Positions 1 through 11,669 of a stretch of DNA of 64,000 bases are shown piece by piece. This stretch comes from Acidimicrobiaceae bacterium (GTDB lineage Bacteria; Actinomycetota; Acidimicrobiia; Acidimicrobiales; Aldehydirespiratoraceae). The stretch's first letter is position 1. Every line of letters begins with the position of its first letter. Under the pieces are notes generated by a model. That model was given only the letters and a program-made list of their open reading frames with translations. It ran no database searches and had not been told where the DNA came from. The stretch lies in contig VYCM01000146.1 of the NCBI GenBank assembly GCA_009843915.1, positions 31,332-95,331 on the forward strand, written 5' to 3'. The translations under genes were made by a program, and so were the position numbers.

Positions 1-357
1 GCCGATGGCTGCGCCGTTGATGGCCGCGATCACGGGCTGGTGCAGGTCGCCGACCAGCTCGATCACCTCGTGGAGCCGGTCGGCGGCCCTGTGGGCGATG
101 GTCGATCGGGTGAGTCCTTCGATGTAGGGAACCCGACCCGCGCTCACCATGTCGGCGCCGGAGCAGAAGCCGTGGCCTGCGCCGGTGATCACCACGACCC
201 GCACATCGTTGTCGTTGTTGACCCCGCGCAGGGCCTCGGCCAGCGGCACCATCACGTCGAAGGCCATGGCGTTCATGCGCTCGGGCCGGTTGAGGGTGAC
301 CAGCGCTATCTCCGGCCGGGGGTGATCGATCAGGACGAAGTCATCGGATGAGGGCAT
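1..357 (-). CDS. Enoyl-CoA hydratase/isomerase (crotonase) family protein, N-terminal part only (runs off the window edge)
   Basis: My own reverse-strand translation from ATG 357..355: MPSSDDFVLIDHPRPEIALVTLNRPERMNAMAFDVMVPLAEALRGVNNDNDVRVVVITGAGHGFCSGAD...QPVIAAINGAAIG. This is the typical crotonase-fold N-terminus. It is absent from the ORF track because there is no stop codon in the window. Confidence 0.75.
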   Translation of the reverse strand, partial: MPSSDDFVLIDHPRPEIALVTLNRPERMNAMAFDVMVPLAEALRGVNNDNDVRVVVITGAGHGFCSGADMVSAGRVPYIEGLTRSTIAHRAADRLHEVIELVGDLHQPVIAAINGAAIG

Positions 358-413
358 GGGGCGACGGTATCAGCCGGTGCCCCGACGACCGGGTGCCCGC
401 CCCGACCGCTGGC

Positions 414-1193
414 TCAGTCGCCGAGGTCGGGCTTCCACGCCGCGCCGTTGATGTGGCCGCCACCATCGACGAACAGTGTGTTGCCCGTCATGTACCGGCT
501 GGCGTCCGAGGCCAGGAAGACCACCACCGGGGCAATGTCGAGGTCTGGGTCGCCGATACGGCCCATCGGGTTGGAGGCGTCGGCCGCGGCCAGCAGCTCT
601 GGATGCTCGCCCAGCACCCGGTTGAAGCTGGCCGACTTGGCCGCCGGGCACAAGATGTTGGCGGTGATGCCCCATTCCGCCCACTCCCGGGCCGCGGTGC
701 GGGTGGCGGCCCTCAGCGCCTCCTTGGCCGAGTTGTACTCGACCGTGCCCATGTGGGCGTTGACTCCGTTGAGCGAGCACATGTTGATGACCCGGCCCCA
801 GCCGTTGGCCTTCATGATCGGCAGCGCCGCGGCCATGGCCCAGAACGGGCCGTAGAACCCCACCGCCAGGGCCCGGGCCATCCCGGCGGGCGTCTTGTGC
901 TCCACCCGGCTCACCTCTCCGCCGCCCCAGGCGTTGTTGACCAGGATGTCCACCGATCCCCAGCGCTGGGACGCATGAGCGACCATGGCTTCGACCGCGG
1001 CCCGGTCGCCCACGTCGGTGGAAAGGAACTCGCAGGAGTCGCCGAACTCCGCAGCGGCGTCGTGGCCGAGATCCTCGTCGATCTCGGCCACGAGCACATT
1101 GGCTCCCTCGGCCGCGAAGGCCCGGGCCACCGACCGCCCGATGCCCTCGCCCGCGCCGGTGACTATCGCCGTCCTGCCGTCCAGCTGCCCCAT
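414..1193 (-). CDS. Short-chain dehydrogenase/reductase (SDR)
   Basis: TGAGEGIG cofactor motif, NNAW, and a catalytic Y-x3-K (YNSAKEA). I chose ATG 1193 (MGQLDGRTAIVTG) because GGGAGG lies 6 nt upstream. The track ORF extends to 1244. Confidence 0.85.
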   Translation of the reverse strand: MGQLDGRTAIVTGAGEGIGRSVARAFAAEGANVLVAEIDEDLGHDAAAEFGDSCEFLSTDVGDRAAVEAMVAHASQRWGSVDILVNNAWGGGEVSRVEHKTPAGMARALAVGFYGPFWAMAAALPIMKANGWGRVINMCSLNGVNAHMGTVEYNSAKEALRAATRTAAREWAEWGITANILCPAAKSASFNRVLGEHPELLAAADASNPMGRIGDPDLDIAPVVVFLASDASRYMTGNTLFVDGGGHINGAAWKPDLGD

Positions 1194-1300
1194 GGCCTGC
1201 CTCCCGCTGTGAGCCGTTGCATCATTCTTCCCCAGCGGCTGCACCGGCGCGGGGAGTGGTAGACAACCGGCACGACATCCCCCAGCCGAAGAGGAGTCCG

Positions 1301-1972
1301 GTGGACGACCTGCAACAGAGGGCCCAGCGCATTGCGGCCAAGCGCAGTTCCATGTGGGTTTACCGCTCGGTGCGCCGCACCATCATGACGGTGCTGTACC
1401 CCTACTTCCGGGTGCGGCGGCGAGGCCGGGAATATCTCGACATCGAAGGACCGGTGATCGTGGCTCCCGTGCACCGGTCCAACCTCGACACTCCGCTGCT
1501 GTCCGGGATGAGTCGCCGCCGCCTGCGGGCGCTGTCCAAGGAGTCCCTGTTCTCAAACCGGTACTTCGGAGCGTTCCTGGCCGCACTTGGAGCGTTCCCC
1601 GTGCGGCGGGGCGCAGCCGACCGGGAGGCGATGCGGGAGGCGGTCAAGATGCTGGAGGCGGGTGAGCAGATGGTGGTGTTCCCCGAGGGAACCCGCCAGT
1701 CGGGGACCCAAGTGGGCGAGGTGTTCGACGGCGTGAGCTACCTAGCGTCGCGAACCGGGGCGGCCGTCGTGCCGATCGGCATCGCCGGAACTGAGGCCGC
1801 GATGAGCACCGGCACCCGGATGCCCCGACCGGTCAGGGTGGCCATGGTGGCCGGACCGCCCATCCGTCCGCCGGATGGTCGCATGACCCGCCCCCAGATG
1901 AGCCGATTCTCCGAGATGGTGCGCGAGCGCCTCCAAGACGTCTTCGAGGAGGCCCAGGCGCTGGCGGGGTGA
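1301..1972 (+). CDS. 1-acyl-sn-glycerol-3-phosphate acyltransferase-like (PlsC family)
   Basis: H-x4-D acyltransferase motif (VHRSNLD) and an FPEGTR motif. GTG 1301 is preceded by GAGGAG. The track ORF begins at 1217. Confidence 0.8.
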   Translation: MDDLQQRAQRIAAKRSSMWVYRSVRRTIMTVLYPYFRVRRRGREYLDIEGPVIVAPVHRSNLDTPLLSGMSRRRLRALSKESLFSNRYFGAFLAALGAFPVRRGAADREAMREAVKMLEAGEQMVVFPEGTRQSGTQVGEVFDGVSYLASRTGAAVVPIGIAGTEAAMSTGTRMPRPVRVAMVAGPPIRPPDGRMTRPQMSRFSEMVRERLQDVFEEAQALAG

Positions 1973-2008
1973 ACGGGCCGATACGGGCCGCCGGTAGCCT
2001 CGGCACAT

Positions 2009-3205
<1,197 letters not shown>

Positions 3206-3221
3206 CGGCTGACGCTCCCCG

Positions 3222-4976
3222 GTGAGCGCTTCCCGCGACAGCATGCCCCGCCGGGGCTACCGGCTGATCATGCGGTCGGTGCGGGCCCACCCCGTCCCGC
3301 ATCTCGTGGCCCTGCTCGGCGCCCTCGGGTTCGTCGCCGCCACCGTGGGGACCGCCTGGCTGCTGGGCTGGATCACCGACAACGTGATCATCGCTCCGGA
3401 GTCCGAGCGGACCGGTCCTGCCGCGGCCGCCGCGATGGTTATCGGAGTCTCGGTGGCCAGCGGGATCTCGGTGCTGATGCGCCGGTGGTTCCTGGCCATG
3501 GCCGAGCTGAGAACCCAGCGTGACTGGCGGCGAGCCCTCCTTCACCGCTACATCGATCTGCCCATGGACTTCCACCGCGAGCGCGACCCGGGCGAGCTGC
3601 TCGCCCATGCCGACTCCGACGTCAACACAGCCACCATGGTGCTCAAACCGCTGGCCTTCGCGGTCAGCGTGGTGGTCCTCGTGGTGGTCACGATGGTCGC
3701 CCTGTTCGCCGCCCATCCGCTGCTGGCGTTGATCGCGGCGATCGTGTTCCCGGCGCTGGCGGTGATCAGCCGGGTCTACACGCGCATGGTCGAGGCGCCG
3801 TCGGCCGAGGTCCAGCGGCGGGTCGGCGAGGTGTCGGAGGTCGCCCACGAGAGCTTCGACGGAGCGGTTGTGGTGAAGACTCTCGGCCGGGAGCCCATCG
3901 AGGTGGAGCGCATGAGGGCCGCGTCGGCGAGGCTCCGCGACGAGCGCATACGGGTGGGTCGGATGCGGGCCAGCTTCGAGCCCTCCATAGACGCCCTGCC
4001 CACGGTGGGCGCCATCGTCCTGCTGCTGGTCGGAGCCTGGCTGGTGGGGCGCGGCTCGGCTACGCCCGGTGACCTAGTGCTGGCCGCGACCCTGTTCTCG
4101 CTGCTCGCCCTGCCGCTATTCATCGTCGGGTTCTTCCTGGAGGAGATGCCCCGTTCGGTGGTGTCGCTGGAGCGGGTGGACCGCGTGCTGGACCGGCCCC
4201 TCGAGCCGTCGGCCGAACCTGAGGGCAACGGCCCGGTGCTGCCTCCGGGTCCGCTCGGGCTCCAGATTGACGGCCTCGCGGTCCGCTACGGATCGCGGCT
4301 CGTCCTCGACGGGCTGTGGCTTGCCGTCAGTCCGGGCGAGACCGTGGCGCTGGTGGGCGCCACCGGCTCGGGCAAGTCGACGCTGCTCGAGACCGTGGCC
4401 GGGCTCAACTCTGTGGCCGGCGGCTCGATACAACTCTCGGGCGCGGCTCTGCAGGACGTTCCGTCCCGAGAGCTCCACAGCGCGGTGGCGCTGGTGTTCC
4501 AGGAGGCGTTCCTGTTCGCCGACACGGTCACCGAGAACGTCGGTCTCCAGTGGGGGCGCTCACCGGCCGACGTGACCGCCGCGCTGGACTCAGCAGCTGC
4601 GGGCGCCTTCGTGGACGCCCTGCCCGACGGCGGCTCCACCGTGGTGGGGGAGCGGGGTGTGACCCTCTCCGGTGGCCAGCGGCAGCGGGTGGCGCTGGCC
4701 CGTGCCCTGGTCCGCTCACCGCGGCTGCTCATGCTCGACGACGCCACCAGCGCGGTCGACCCCGTCGTGGAGGGTGAGATCCTCGCCAACCTCCGCCGCG
4801 ATCTCGACACCACGATGCTGGTGGTAGCGCACCGGATCTCCACGATCGAGCTCGCCGACCGGGTTGCGTACCTGGCCGGCGGCAGGATCGTTGCCACCGG
4901 CACCCACGATGAGTTGCTGGACATCGACGACTACCGGTCGCTGGTCTCGGCCTACGAGCAGGCCGAAGTCCCGTGA
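3222..4976 (+). CDS. ABC transporter, fused permease/ATP-binding half-transporter (exporter type)
   Basis: N-terminal six-TM-type hydrophobic domain. Walker A GATGSGKST, signature LSGGQRQR, Walker B LLMLDDATSAVD. 4-nt overlap with the next gene. Confidence 0.85.
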   Translation: MSASRDSMPRRGYRLIMRSVRAHPVPHLVALLGALGFVAATVGTAWLLGWITDNVIIAPESERTGPAAAAAMVIGVSVASGISVLMRRWFLAMAELRTQRDWRRALLHRYIDLPMDFHRERDPGELLAHADSDVNTATMVLKPLAFAVSVVVLVVVTMVALFAAHPLLALIAAIVFPALAVISRVYTRMVEAPSAEVQRRVGEVSEVAHESFDGAVVVKTLGREPIEVERMRAASARLRDERIRVGRMRASFEPSIDALPTVGAIVLLLVGAWLVGRGSATPGDLVLAATLFSLLALPLFIVGFFLEEMPRSVVSLERVDRVLDRPLEPSAEPEGNGPVLPPGPLGLQIDGLAVRYGSRLVLDGLWLAVSPGETVALVGATGSGKSTLLETVAGLNSVAGGSIQLSGAALQDVPSRELHSAVALVFQEAFLFADTVTENVGLQWGRSPADVTAALDSAAAGAFVDALPDGGSTVVGERGVTLSGGQRQRVALARALVRSPRLLMLDDATSAVDPVVEGEILANLRRDLDTTMLVVAHRISTIELADRVAYLAGGRIVATGTHDELLDIDDYRSLVSAYEQAEVP

Positions 4977-6781
4977 GCGACGCACCGGAGACCGAGGTCC
5001 AGGCACTCCGAGTGCTGCGTCGCGGCTTCGCCATGAGCCCGGAATTGCGTCGAGGACTCCCGGTGGTCGCCGCGGCGGGGCTGTTCGCCGCCGTCGGCAG
5101 GCTGATCGTGCCGGTCATGGTGCAACTCGTGCTCGACCACGGCGTGATCGGCCCCGACGGCTACCGGCCCGGTGTGGTGTGGATCCTGTCGGTGGCCGCG
5201 CTGGGAGCGGTGCTGGTGGTAGCCGCGGCCAGCCGCTTCGCCCTGATCCGGCTGGTGCGCATGGCCGAGTCGGCGCTGCTCGGCCTGAGGGTCAGGGCGT
5301 TCGAGCACATCCACCGGCTGAGCCTGGCCACCCACACCGAGACGCGTCGGGGGGTTCTGGTGGCCCGGGTGACCAGCGACATCGAGGCCATGGCCATCTT
5401 CATGCAGTGGGGCGCCATGTCCTGGACCATCAACCCGGTGCTGATCCTGGCGACGCTGGCAGTGATGCTGTTCTACAGCTGGCAGCTCACGCTGCTGGTG
5501 CTGGTCCTGCACCTGCTGGTCCTGCCGTTCATGCGCTGGGTGCAGCGCCGCCAGATCGCGGCCCACTCCCGGGTGCGCGACCGGGTGGCCGACACCATGG
5601 GCCACGCCAGCGAGACGGTGTCGGCCGCGGCGGTGATACGGGCTTACGGGTACCGCGGCGCCGTCCGGGACCGACTCGACCGCGCCGTGGACCGCCAGTA
5701 CCAGGCCCAGATGTCCGCCTTCAAGTGGTGGGCGTTTCTGATGCCGACGGTGGACCTGGTGTCGTCGGTGGCGCTGGCTGCGGCCCTCGTCGCCGGGGTG
5801 ACGTGGAGCGAGGAGTTGGGCATCGGCGCCGGAGGGCTGGTGGCGTTCGTGTTCCTTGTGCGGCTCTTGATGAGGCCGATCTCGGAGATCGGTGAGGTGT
5901 TCGACAACACCCAGGCCGCGCTGGCGGCCTGGTGGAAGGTGATGGGAGTGCTGGACACACCGGTCGAGGTGGTCGAGCCGGAGCCCGCTGAGGCTCAGGA
6001 GCTGCCAGCGGGGCCGCTGGGTGTCGAGGTTCGGTCCGTGGACTTCGCCTACCGCACGGGTGCGCTAGTGCTCCGCGGCGTGGACGTGTCGATCCTGCCG
6101 GATGCAAATGTGGCCGTGGTAGGCGAGACCGGCTCGGGCAAGACGACCTTCGCCCGTCTTCTGGCCCGCCTAGCCGACCCCGCGACGGGCGAAGTCGTGG
6201 TGGGCGGTGTGGACCTTCGCGCCGTAGCTCCCGAGGCTCGCCGCCGGAGCATCAGGATGGTTCCCCAGGACGGCTTCCTGTTCGCGGCCACCATTGAGGA
6301 CAACATCCGCTACGGCCGGCCCGGTGCCACCGCAGCCGATGCGGCCGCGGCCATCGACGAGCTTGGGCTGCGGGCCTGGGTCGACGGGCTCCCGGCCGGG
6401 ATGCAGACTCCGGTGGGCCAGCGAGGCGGGCGGCTGTCGGTAGGCGAGCGCCAGCTGGTGGCGCTGGCCCGGGCCCAGGTCGCCGATCCGGGCCTGCTGA
6501 TCCTGGACGAGGCCACCTCCGCAGTGGACCCCGAGACCGAGGAGGCTTTGGCCGCGGCCATGGCCCATCTGGCGGTCGGTCGCACGACGGTGTCGGTGGC
6601 CCACCGCTTGAGCACCGCCGAGCGCGCCGACCTGGTGCTGGTGTTCGACGATGGGCGGGTGGTGGAGCAGGGCACCCACCGCGATCTGGTCGCTGCTGGC
6701 GGCGTGTACGCCCGGTTGCACCGGTCCTGGGTGGGAAACACCCGCCAGACAGCGGTCAGGGTCAAGGCTCAGCCCGGCTGA
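4973..6781 (+). CDS. ABC transporter, fused permease/ATP-binding half-transporter (partner of the previous gene)
   Basis: Walker A GETGSGKTT, signature LSVGERQ, Walker B LLILDEATSAVD. The GTGA overlap with the upstream gene suggests a heterodimeric exporter. Confidence 0.85.
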   Translation: MSDAPETEVQALRVLRRGFAMSPELRRGLPVVAAAGLFAAVGRLIVPVMVQLVLDHGVIGPDGYRPGVVWILSVAALGAVLVVAAASRFALIRLVRMAESALLGLRVRAFEHIHRLSLATHTETRRGVLVARVTSDIEAMAIFMQWGAMSWTINPVLILATLAVMLFYSWQLTLLVLVLHLLVLPFMRWVQRRQIAAHSRVRDRVADTMGHASETVSAAAVIRAYGYRGAVRDRLDRAVDRQYQAQMSAFKWWAFLMPTVDLVSSVALAAALVAGVTWSEELGIGAGGLVAFVFLVRLLMRPISEIGEVFDNTQAALAAWWKVMGVLDTPVEVVEPEPAEAQELPAGPLGVEVRSVDFAYRTGALVLRGVDVSILPDANVAVVGETGSGKTTFARLLARLADPATGEVVVGGVDLRAVAPEARRRSIRMVPQDGFLFAATIEDNIRYGRPGATAADAAAAIDELGLRAWVDGLPAGMQTPVGQRGGRLSVGERQLVALARAQVADPGLLILDEATSAVDPETEEALAAAMAHLAVGRTTVSVAHRLSTAERADLVLVFDDGRVVEQGTHRDLVAAGGVYARLHRSWVGNTRQTAVRVKAQPG

Positions 6782-6802
6782 GGGCGTGCCGCACCGGCTA
6801 CC

Positions 6803-7798
6803 GTGCCCGCCATGCGTGATCCAGTGAGAGTGGCCGTCACCGGAGCGGCCGGGCAGATCGGTTACAGCCTGCTGTTCCGCATCGCCTCGGGCTCGATGCT
6901 CGGACCCGAGGTGCCGGTGATCCTCCAGATGCTGGAGATTCCGCCGGCCATGGACGCCCTGCGGGGCGTGGCCATGGAGCTCGACGACTGCGCCTTCGGG
7001 CTGCTGGCGGGCATGGTGCTCAGCGACGACCCCGACGAGGCCTTCGACAGCGTCCAGATCGCCCTGCTGGTGGGCTCCCGGCCCCGCACCAAGGGCATGG
7101 AGCGCAAGGACCTGCTGGAGGCCAACGGCGCGATCTTCACCGTTCAGGGCCGGGCCTTGGCCGCCCGCGCCGCTGATGATCTCCGGGTGCTGGTGGTGGG
7201 CAACCCGGCCAACACCAACTGCCTGATCGCCATGAACAACGCCGAGGGGGTGCCCCGCGAGCGGTTCACGGCCATGACCCGCCTCGACCACAACCGGGCC
7301 AAGGCTCAGCTCGCCGCCCGGGTGGGCGCCACCGTGGGCGACGTCCGCAAGATGACGATCTGGGGCAACCACTCCGCCACCCAGTACCCCGACCTGTTCC
7401 ACTGCGAGGTGGACGGTCGCAACGCCGCTGGCCTCGTGGACGACCAGGAGTGGCTCGAGGGGACGTTCATCCCCACCGTGCAGCAGCGGGGTGCGGCCAT
7501 CATCGAGGCCCGGGGCGCGTCATCGGCGGCCTCCGCGGCCAGCGCGGCCGTCGACCACGTACGCGACTGGATGCTGGGCACGCCGCCGGGCGACTGGGTC
7601 TCGATGGCGGTCCCCTCCGACGGCAGCTACGGCGTGCCCGAAGGGCTGATCTCGTCGTTCCCAGCCACATGCGCCCGCGGCGAATACCAGATCGTCGGCG
7701 GCCTGGAGATCGACGGCTTCTCGCGGGCCCGCATCGACGCCTCCGTGGCCGAACTGGCCGCCGAGCGGGACACGGTGGCCTCACTCGGCCTCATCTAA
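6803..7798 (+). CDS. mdh: Malate dehydrogenase
   Basis: [24 protein letters not shown]-binding N-terminus, GNPANTNC, and [12 protein letters not shown] (MDH type with the conserved H). An alternative ATG start is at 6812. Confidence 0.9.
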   Translation: MPAMRDPVRVAVTGAAGQIGYSLLFRIASGSMLGPEVPVILQMLEIPPAMDALRGVAMELDDCAFGLLAGMVLSDDPDEAFDSVQIALLVGSRPRTKGMERKDLLEANGAIFTVQGRALAARAADDLRVLVVGNPANTNCLIAMNNAEGVPRERFTAMTRLDHNRAKAQLAARVGATVGDVRKMTIWGNHSATQYPDLFHCEVDGRNAAGLVDDQEWLEGTFIPTVQQRGAAIIEARGASSAASAASAAVDHVRDWMLGTPPGDWVSMAVPSDGSYGVPEGLISSFPATCARGEYQIVGGLEIDGFSRARIDASVAELAAERDTVASLGLI

Positions 7799-7824
7799 GA
7801 GGCCAGCGGGACAGGCAGCGACTC

Positions 7825-8688
7825 GTGCCGGAGCTGCCGGAGGTCGCAGCCCACGCCGAGCGGCTGTCTGCCGGGTTCGCCGGAACACCGCTGGCCCGGT
7901 TCGAGCCGATGCACCCGGCTGTACTCAAGACTTTCGACCCCAGGCCCGCCGCGGCCGCGAGCAAGGCGCTCAAGGAGGTCGGCCACCGGGGCAAGTACCT
8001 GCTGCTGCGCTTCGGTGAGGGCAACGGTGGGTACGAGACCTCGGACCTGACGTTCGTGGTCCATCTCATGCAGGCGGGCCGGCTGCGCATCGACACCAAC
8101 AAGGCCCGCAAGCCCCGCGGCGGCATCGCCCGCTGGACCTTCGCCGACGGCCCGGCGCTTCTGCTCACCGAGGCCGGCACGGAGCGCCGAGCGGGCGTCT
8201 GGCTGCTGGCCGGCGACCCGGGAGCGGTCGAGCCGCTAGCGCGTCTCGGACCCGATGCCCACACCATCGGCCGCGACGAGTTCGCCCAGCGCCTGGCCGC
8301 GGCCAGCGAGCGCGTGCACGGCTTCCTGCGAGATCAGTCGCATCTGGCCGGGATCGGCCGCCTGCTCGCCAACGAGATACTTCACACGGCCCGGATCTCA
8401 CCCTTCGCCAATACGTCGCGCCTCGACGGCGACGCCGTCGACCGTCTGCACGCGGCCATCACCACATCCATCGCGAGGGGTCTCGCGGCGGAGCGAGAGC
8501 GCGAGGACATGGGCCGCTCCCAGGATCGCCCCAGCGACGTCCACCATCGAGTGGGCGAGCCGTGCCCGGCATGCGGAGACACGGTGCGCTCGGTCGAATA
8601 CCGCCGCTACCGGGTGGCCTATTGCCCGACCTGCCAGACGGGCGGCAAGGTGCTGGCCGACAACACCACCAGCCGGTTCCTGAAGTAG
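7825..8688 (+). CDS. Fpg/Nei family DNA glycosylase / AP lyase
   Basis: Canonical (M)PELPEV N-terminus at GTG 7825, an H2TH region, and a C-terminal zinc finger CPACG...CPTCQ. The track ORF (from 7450) carries an implausible Arg/Gly-rich N-terminal extension. Confidence 0.85.
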   Translation: MPELPEVAAHAERLSAGFAGTPLARFEPMHPAVLKTFDPRPAAAASKALKEVGHRGKYLLLRFGEGNGGYETSDLTFVVHLMQAGRLRIDTNKARKPRGGIARWTFADGPALLLTEAGTERRAGVWLLAGDPGAVEPLARLGPDAHTIGRDEFAQRLAAASERVHGFLRDQSHLAGIGRLLANEILHTARISPFANTSRLDGDAVDRLHAAITTSIARGLAAEREREDMGRSQDRPSDVHHRVGEPCPACGDTVRSVEYRRYRVAYCPTCQTGGKVLADNTTSRFLK

Positions 8689-8706
8689 TAGGCCGGGTCG
8701 GCGTGG

Positions 8707-9111
8707 TCAGGCTGCCCCGGCCAGGACGGCGCCGATGGCCTCCATGGCCGGGCGGGCCGCGAGCAGCAGCCGAGGATCGCCATCGAACCGCAGCCGCCCC
8801 TCGGCGAAGGCGCGTTGGGCGGATTCGCCCTCTATCGCGATCGCTCGAGCCGTGTCGCGATCCGAAGCCAGCGTCAAGACGGGTTGACCGTGCGCCTCGC
8901 CGGCGCGCCCGACTGCGGCCGACACCCGACCGGAGGCGATACGCACATGCCAGCAGAAGACGGAGGCGTCGTCGGAAGCGTGGTACTCCAGCACCAAACC
9001 GACTGTGTCGTCGACGCGGCACTCCGACAGGGCGGCGTCGAGCCAGTCCACCCACTCGTCAGAAGGGAACACAGGCATGTGGGCGGGAGTCCGCTCGGCG
9101 GTCATCGACAA
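8707..9111 (-). CDS. SCP2 sterol-binding-domain-like small protein
   Basis: 134 aa. The C-terminal AFAEGRLRFDGDPRLLLAARPAMEAIG resembles the SCP2 fold signature. Otherwise no motif found. Confidence 0.45.
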   Translation of the reverse strand: MSMTAERTPAHMPVFPSDEWVDWLDAALSECRVDDTVGLVLEYHASDDASVFCWHVRIASGRVSAAVGRAGEAHGQPVLTLASDRDTARAIAIEGESAQRAFAEGRLRFDGDPRLLLAARPAMEAIGAVLAGAA

Positions 9112-9142
9112 CGCACACTACCCGTGCTCGTAACCTGACCCC

Positions 9143-10639
9143 ATGTCCCGTCCGAGCACCGGTGACCTGATAGCCGGGGTGTCGGTGGCTCTCGTCGCTA
9201 TCCCGCAGTCGCTGGCCTACGCCGAACTGGCCGGACTTCCACCCCACTACGGCCTCTATGCGACGGCGCTACCGTCGCTGCTGGCCGCGTTCTTCGTGTC
9301 GTCGAGATACCTGCAGACCGGACCGGTGGCCCTGACAGCCCTGCTCACTCTCGGGGCGCTGTCCGGGGTGGCCGAGCCAGGCGGGGCCAGCTACATCCAG
9401 AGTGCGGCGCTGCTGGCCCTGCTGGTGGGCGTCATACGGGTGCTGCTGGGCGCGGCCCGCATGGGCCGGGTCGCCTACGTGCTGTCGGAGCCGGTCGTCA
9501 CCGGATTCACCGCTGGAGCCGCGGTCGTGATCATCGCCTCGCAGCTCCCCAAGATCTTCGACGTCTACCCCGACGGGCAGGTGCTGGCCGCCGCGGTGCG
9601 GGCTCTGGGGCAGCCCGACGAATGGCGTTGGTCGGCCATTGCCTTCGCCGCGATAACGGTGTGCCTGATGCTCGGCGGTCGCCACATCCACCGCCTGTTC
9701 CCCGGTGTGCTGGTGGCAGTAATCGCCGGCGTGGTATTGGCCGGCGCCAGCGACTACGCGGGTTCGCAGGTGGGCGACCTCGACGGCGGGTTCATACCGC
9801 TGAGCCTGGAATTTCCATGGTCGGAGGCGCCGAGCCTGCTGCTGCCGGCCGCGGTGATCGCCCTGATCGGGTTCGCGGAGCCGGCGTCGATCGCCCGCAC
9901 CTACGCCGCAGCCGACCGCCTGCCGTGGAACGCCAACCGCGAGATGGTGAGCCAGGGCGTCGCCAACCTCGCGTCCGCGGTGTCCGGAGCCTTCCCGGTG
10001 GGCGGCTCCTTCTCGCGCAGTTCGCTCAACCGGATGGCCGGCGCTACCAGCGCATGGTCGGGCGCGATCACCGGAGCCTTCGTGCTGGCCGTGCTGCCGC
10101 TCGCCTTCCTGCTGGAGGACCTGCCCACTTCGGTGCTCGGTGTGATCGTGATAGTCGTCGTGGTGCGGCTGGTCGACATCAAGGAGATAACCCGCCTGCC
10201 GTGGGGCTCCTTCCCGCAAGCGCTGGTGGGCGCGGGAACCACTTTCGCCACCATCGGCTTCGCGCCCCGGGTGGAGCGGGGCGTGCTGGTGGGGATCGGA
10301 TTGGCCATCGCGGTACACCTCTACCGCGAGATGCAGGTCATCACCCCCGCCGAGCGGAACCATGAGACCCTCACCGTGAGACCCAAGGGCGTGATGTGGT
10401 TCGCCACCGTGCCCCAGGTGGAGCGCTCGGTCCGTGAGGAACTGGCCACCGAACGCGGCCTGACGTCGGTGGTGATCGACCTGTCCGGCGTGGGACGGCT
10501 CGACTACTCCGGAGCGGTGGCGCTGCGACGCATCATCGAGAGGATGTCGGCCGGCGGGGTGAGGGTCGTCGTGGCCGGCATCCCGCCCAGCGCATCAGGG
10601 GCAGTGCGCGCCGAGCTGGAGGGCTACGAGTCGGCGTGA
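9143..10639 (+). CDS. SulP family anion (sulfate/bicarbonate) permease with C-terminal STAS domain
   Basis: GDLIAG(V)SVALVAIPQSLAYAELAGLPP N-terminal SulP signature, multiple TM segments, and a C-terminal STAS-like region (VVIDLSGVGRLDYSGAVALRRI). Confidence 0.85.
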   Translation: MSRPSTGDLIAGVSVALVAIPQSLAYAELAGLPPHYGLYATALPSLLAAFFVSSRYLQTGPVALTALLTLGALSGVAEPGGASYIQSAALLALLVGVIRVLLGAARMGRVAYVLSEPVVTGFTAGAAVVIIASQLPKIFDVYPDGQVLAAAVRALGQPDEWRWSAIAFAAITVCLMLGGRHIHRLFPGVLVAVIAGVVLAGASDYAGSQVGDLDGGFIPLSLEFPWSEAPSLLLPAAVIALIGFAEPASIARTYAAADRLPWNANREMVSQGVANLASAVSGAFPVGGSFSRSSLNRMAGATSAWSGAITGAFVLAVLPLAFLLEDLPTSVLGVIVIVVVVRLVDIKEITRLPWGSFPQALVGAGTTFATIGFAPRVERGVLVGIGLAIAVHLYREMQVITPAERNHETLTVRPKGVMWFATVPQVERSVREELATERGLTSVVIDLSGVGRLDYSGAVALRRIIERMSAGGVRVVVAGIPPSASGAVRAELEGYESA

Positions 10640-11667
10640 CAGCCCCTAGTGTGGGGGCTATGACCGAGGCGGCCGGCTCTCTGTCCCACGACGAGCTGGT
10701 AGCGACCATGACCGGGGGCATGGCCCGCTCCGACCTGCCCGACTTCCCGGGCTCGGAGCGATTGCGGCCCGACGGTCGGCCCCGACCGGAGTTCCGGGCC
10801 GAACTGCGCCGGATCCCCAACATCATCAACGCCGTGACCGTGGCGGCCACACTGGCCGCGGCAGTGACCTTGGTCTGGACGGTGATCGCCGTCGATCACT
10901 GGCTGGCCACCGCGCTCGCAGTGCCGGTGATGGGGATCGTGATGCTGCGGATGTTCATCCTGCACCATGAGGCCGCCCACCGGCTGCTGTTCTCCAACCG
11001 CCTGGTCAACGACGTCGTGGGCGTGAACCTCCTGGGGTGGCTGACCTTCGGCACCGGTACTCACCACTACCGGCGGGGCCACGCCAACCATCACCGCGAC
11101 GAGTTCGGCCCCAAGGAGCCCGACTTCCTGCTGTACTCCCTGTACCCGGTGTCGCGAGCGTCGATACGCCGCAAGCTGCTGCGCGACCTGTTCGGCGTGT
11201 CGGCCTACCGCATCGTCAAGCCCCGCTTCACCGGGCTGGTCCGGCCGCCGTTCCTGCTGCTGAGTCTGCGGTTCTTCGCCGGTCAGGCGCTGGTGTTTGG
11301 GGCCTTCTGGCTGGTCGGGCACCCGTGGCTGTACGCAGTGCTGTGGGTGCTGCCCTACTTCACCTACTACCAGGTGGCCAACCGCTTGCGGGTCATCGCC
11401 GAGCACGGTGGCATGACTCGCACCCCCGACCGTCGCAACACCACCCACCATGTGCGCCAGAGCTGGTCCGCCCGGTTGTTCCTCGTTCCTTACAACGTGG
11501 GCTATCACCTAGCCCATCATGTCGACTCCGGAATCCCGGCGCGCAACCTTCCCCGGCTGCACCGCGCCCTCAAGGAGGACGGGTACCTGCCGGCCGACGC
11601 GGTATGGCCCGGCTACCGCTCGCTTTGGCGGGCTCTGGTCCGCTCGCCCGCGAGTTCCGCTCCCTAG
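10636..11667 (+). CDS. Membrane fatty-acid desaturase family protein
   Basis: Three histidine boxes: HHEAAH, HHYRRGHANHH, HLAHH. Hydrophobic segments are present. GTGA overlap with SulP; an alternative ATG start is at 10660. Confidence 0.8.
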   Translation: MTAPSVGAMTEAAGSLSHDELVATMTGGMARSDLPDFPGSERLRPDGRPRPEFRAELRRIPNIINAVTVAATLAAAVTLVWTVIAVDHWLATALAVPVMGIVMLRMFILHHEAAHRLLFSNRLVNDVVGVNLLGWLTFGTGTHHYRRGHANHHRDEFGPKEPDFLLYSLYPVSRASIRRKLLRDLFGVSAYRIVKPRFTGLVRPPFLLLSLRFFAGQALVFGAFWLVGHPWLYAVLWVLPYFTYYQVANRLRVIAEHGGMTRTPDRRNTTHHVRQSWSARLFLVPYNVGYHLAHHVDSGIPARNLPRLHRALKEDGYLPADAVWPGYRSLWRALVRSPASSAP

Positions 11668-11669
11668 AA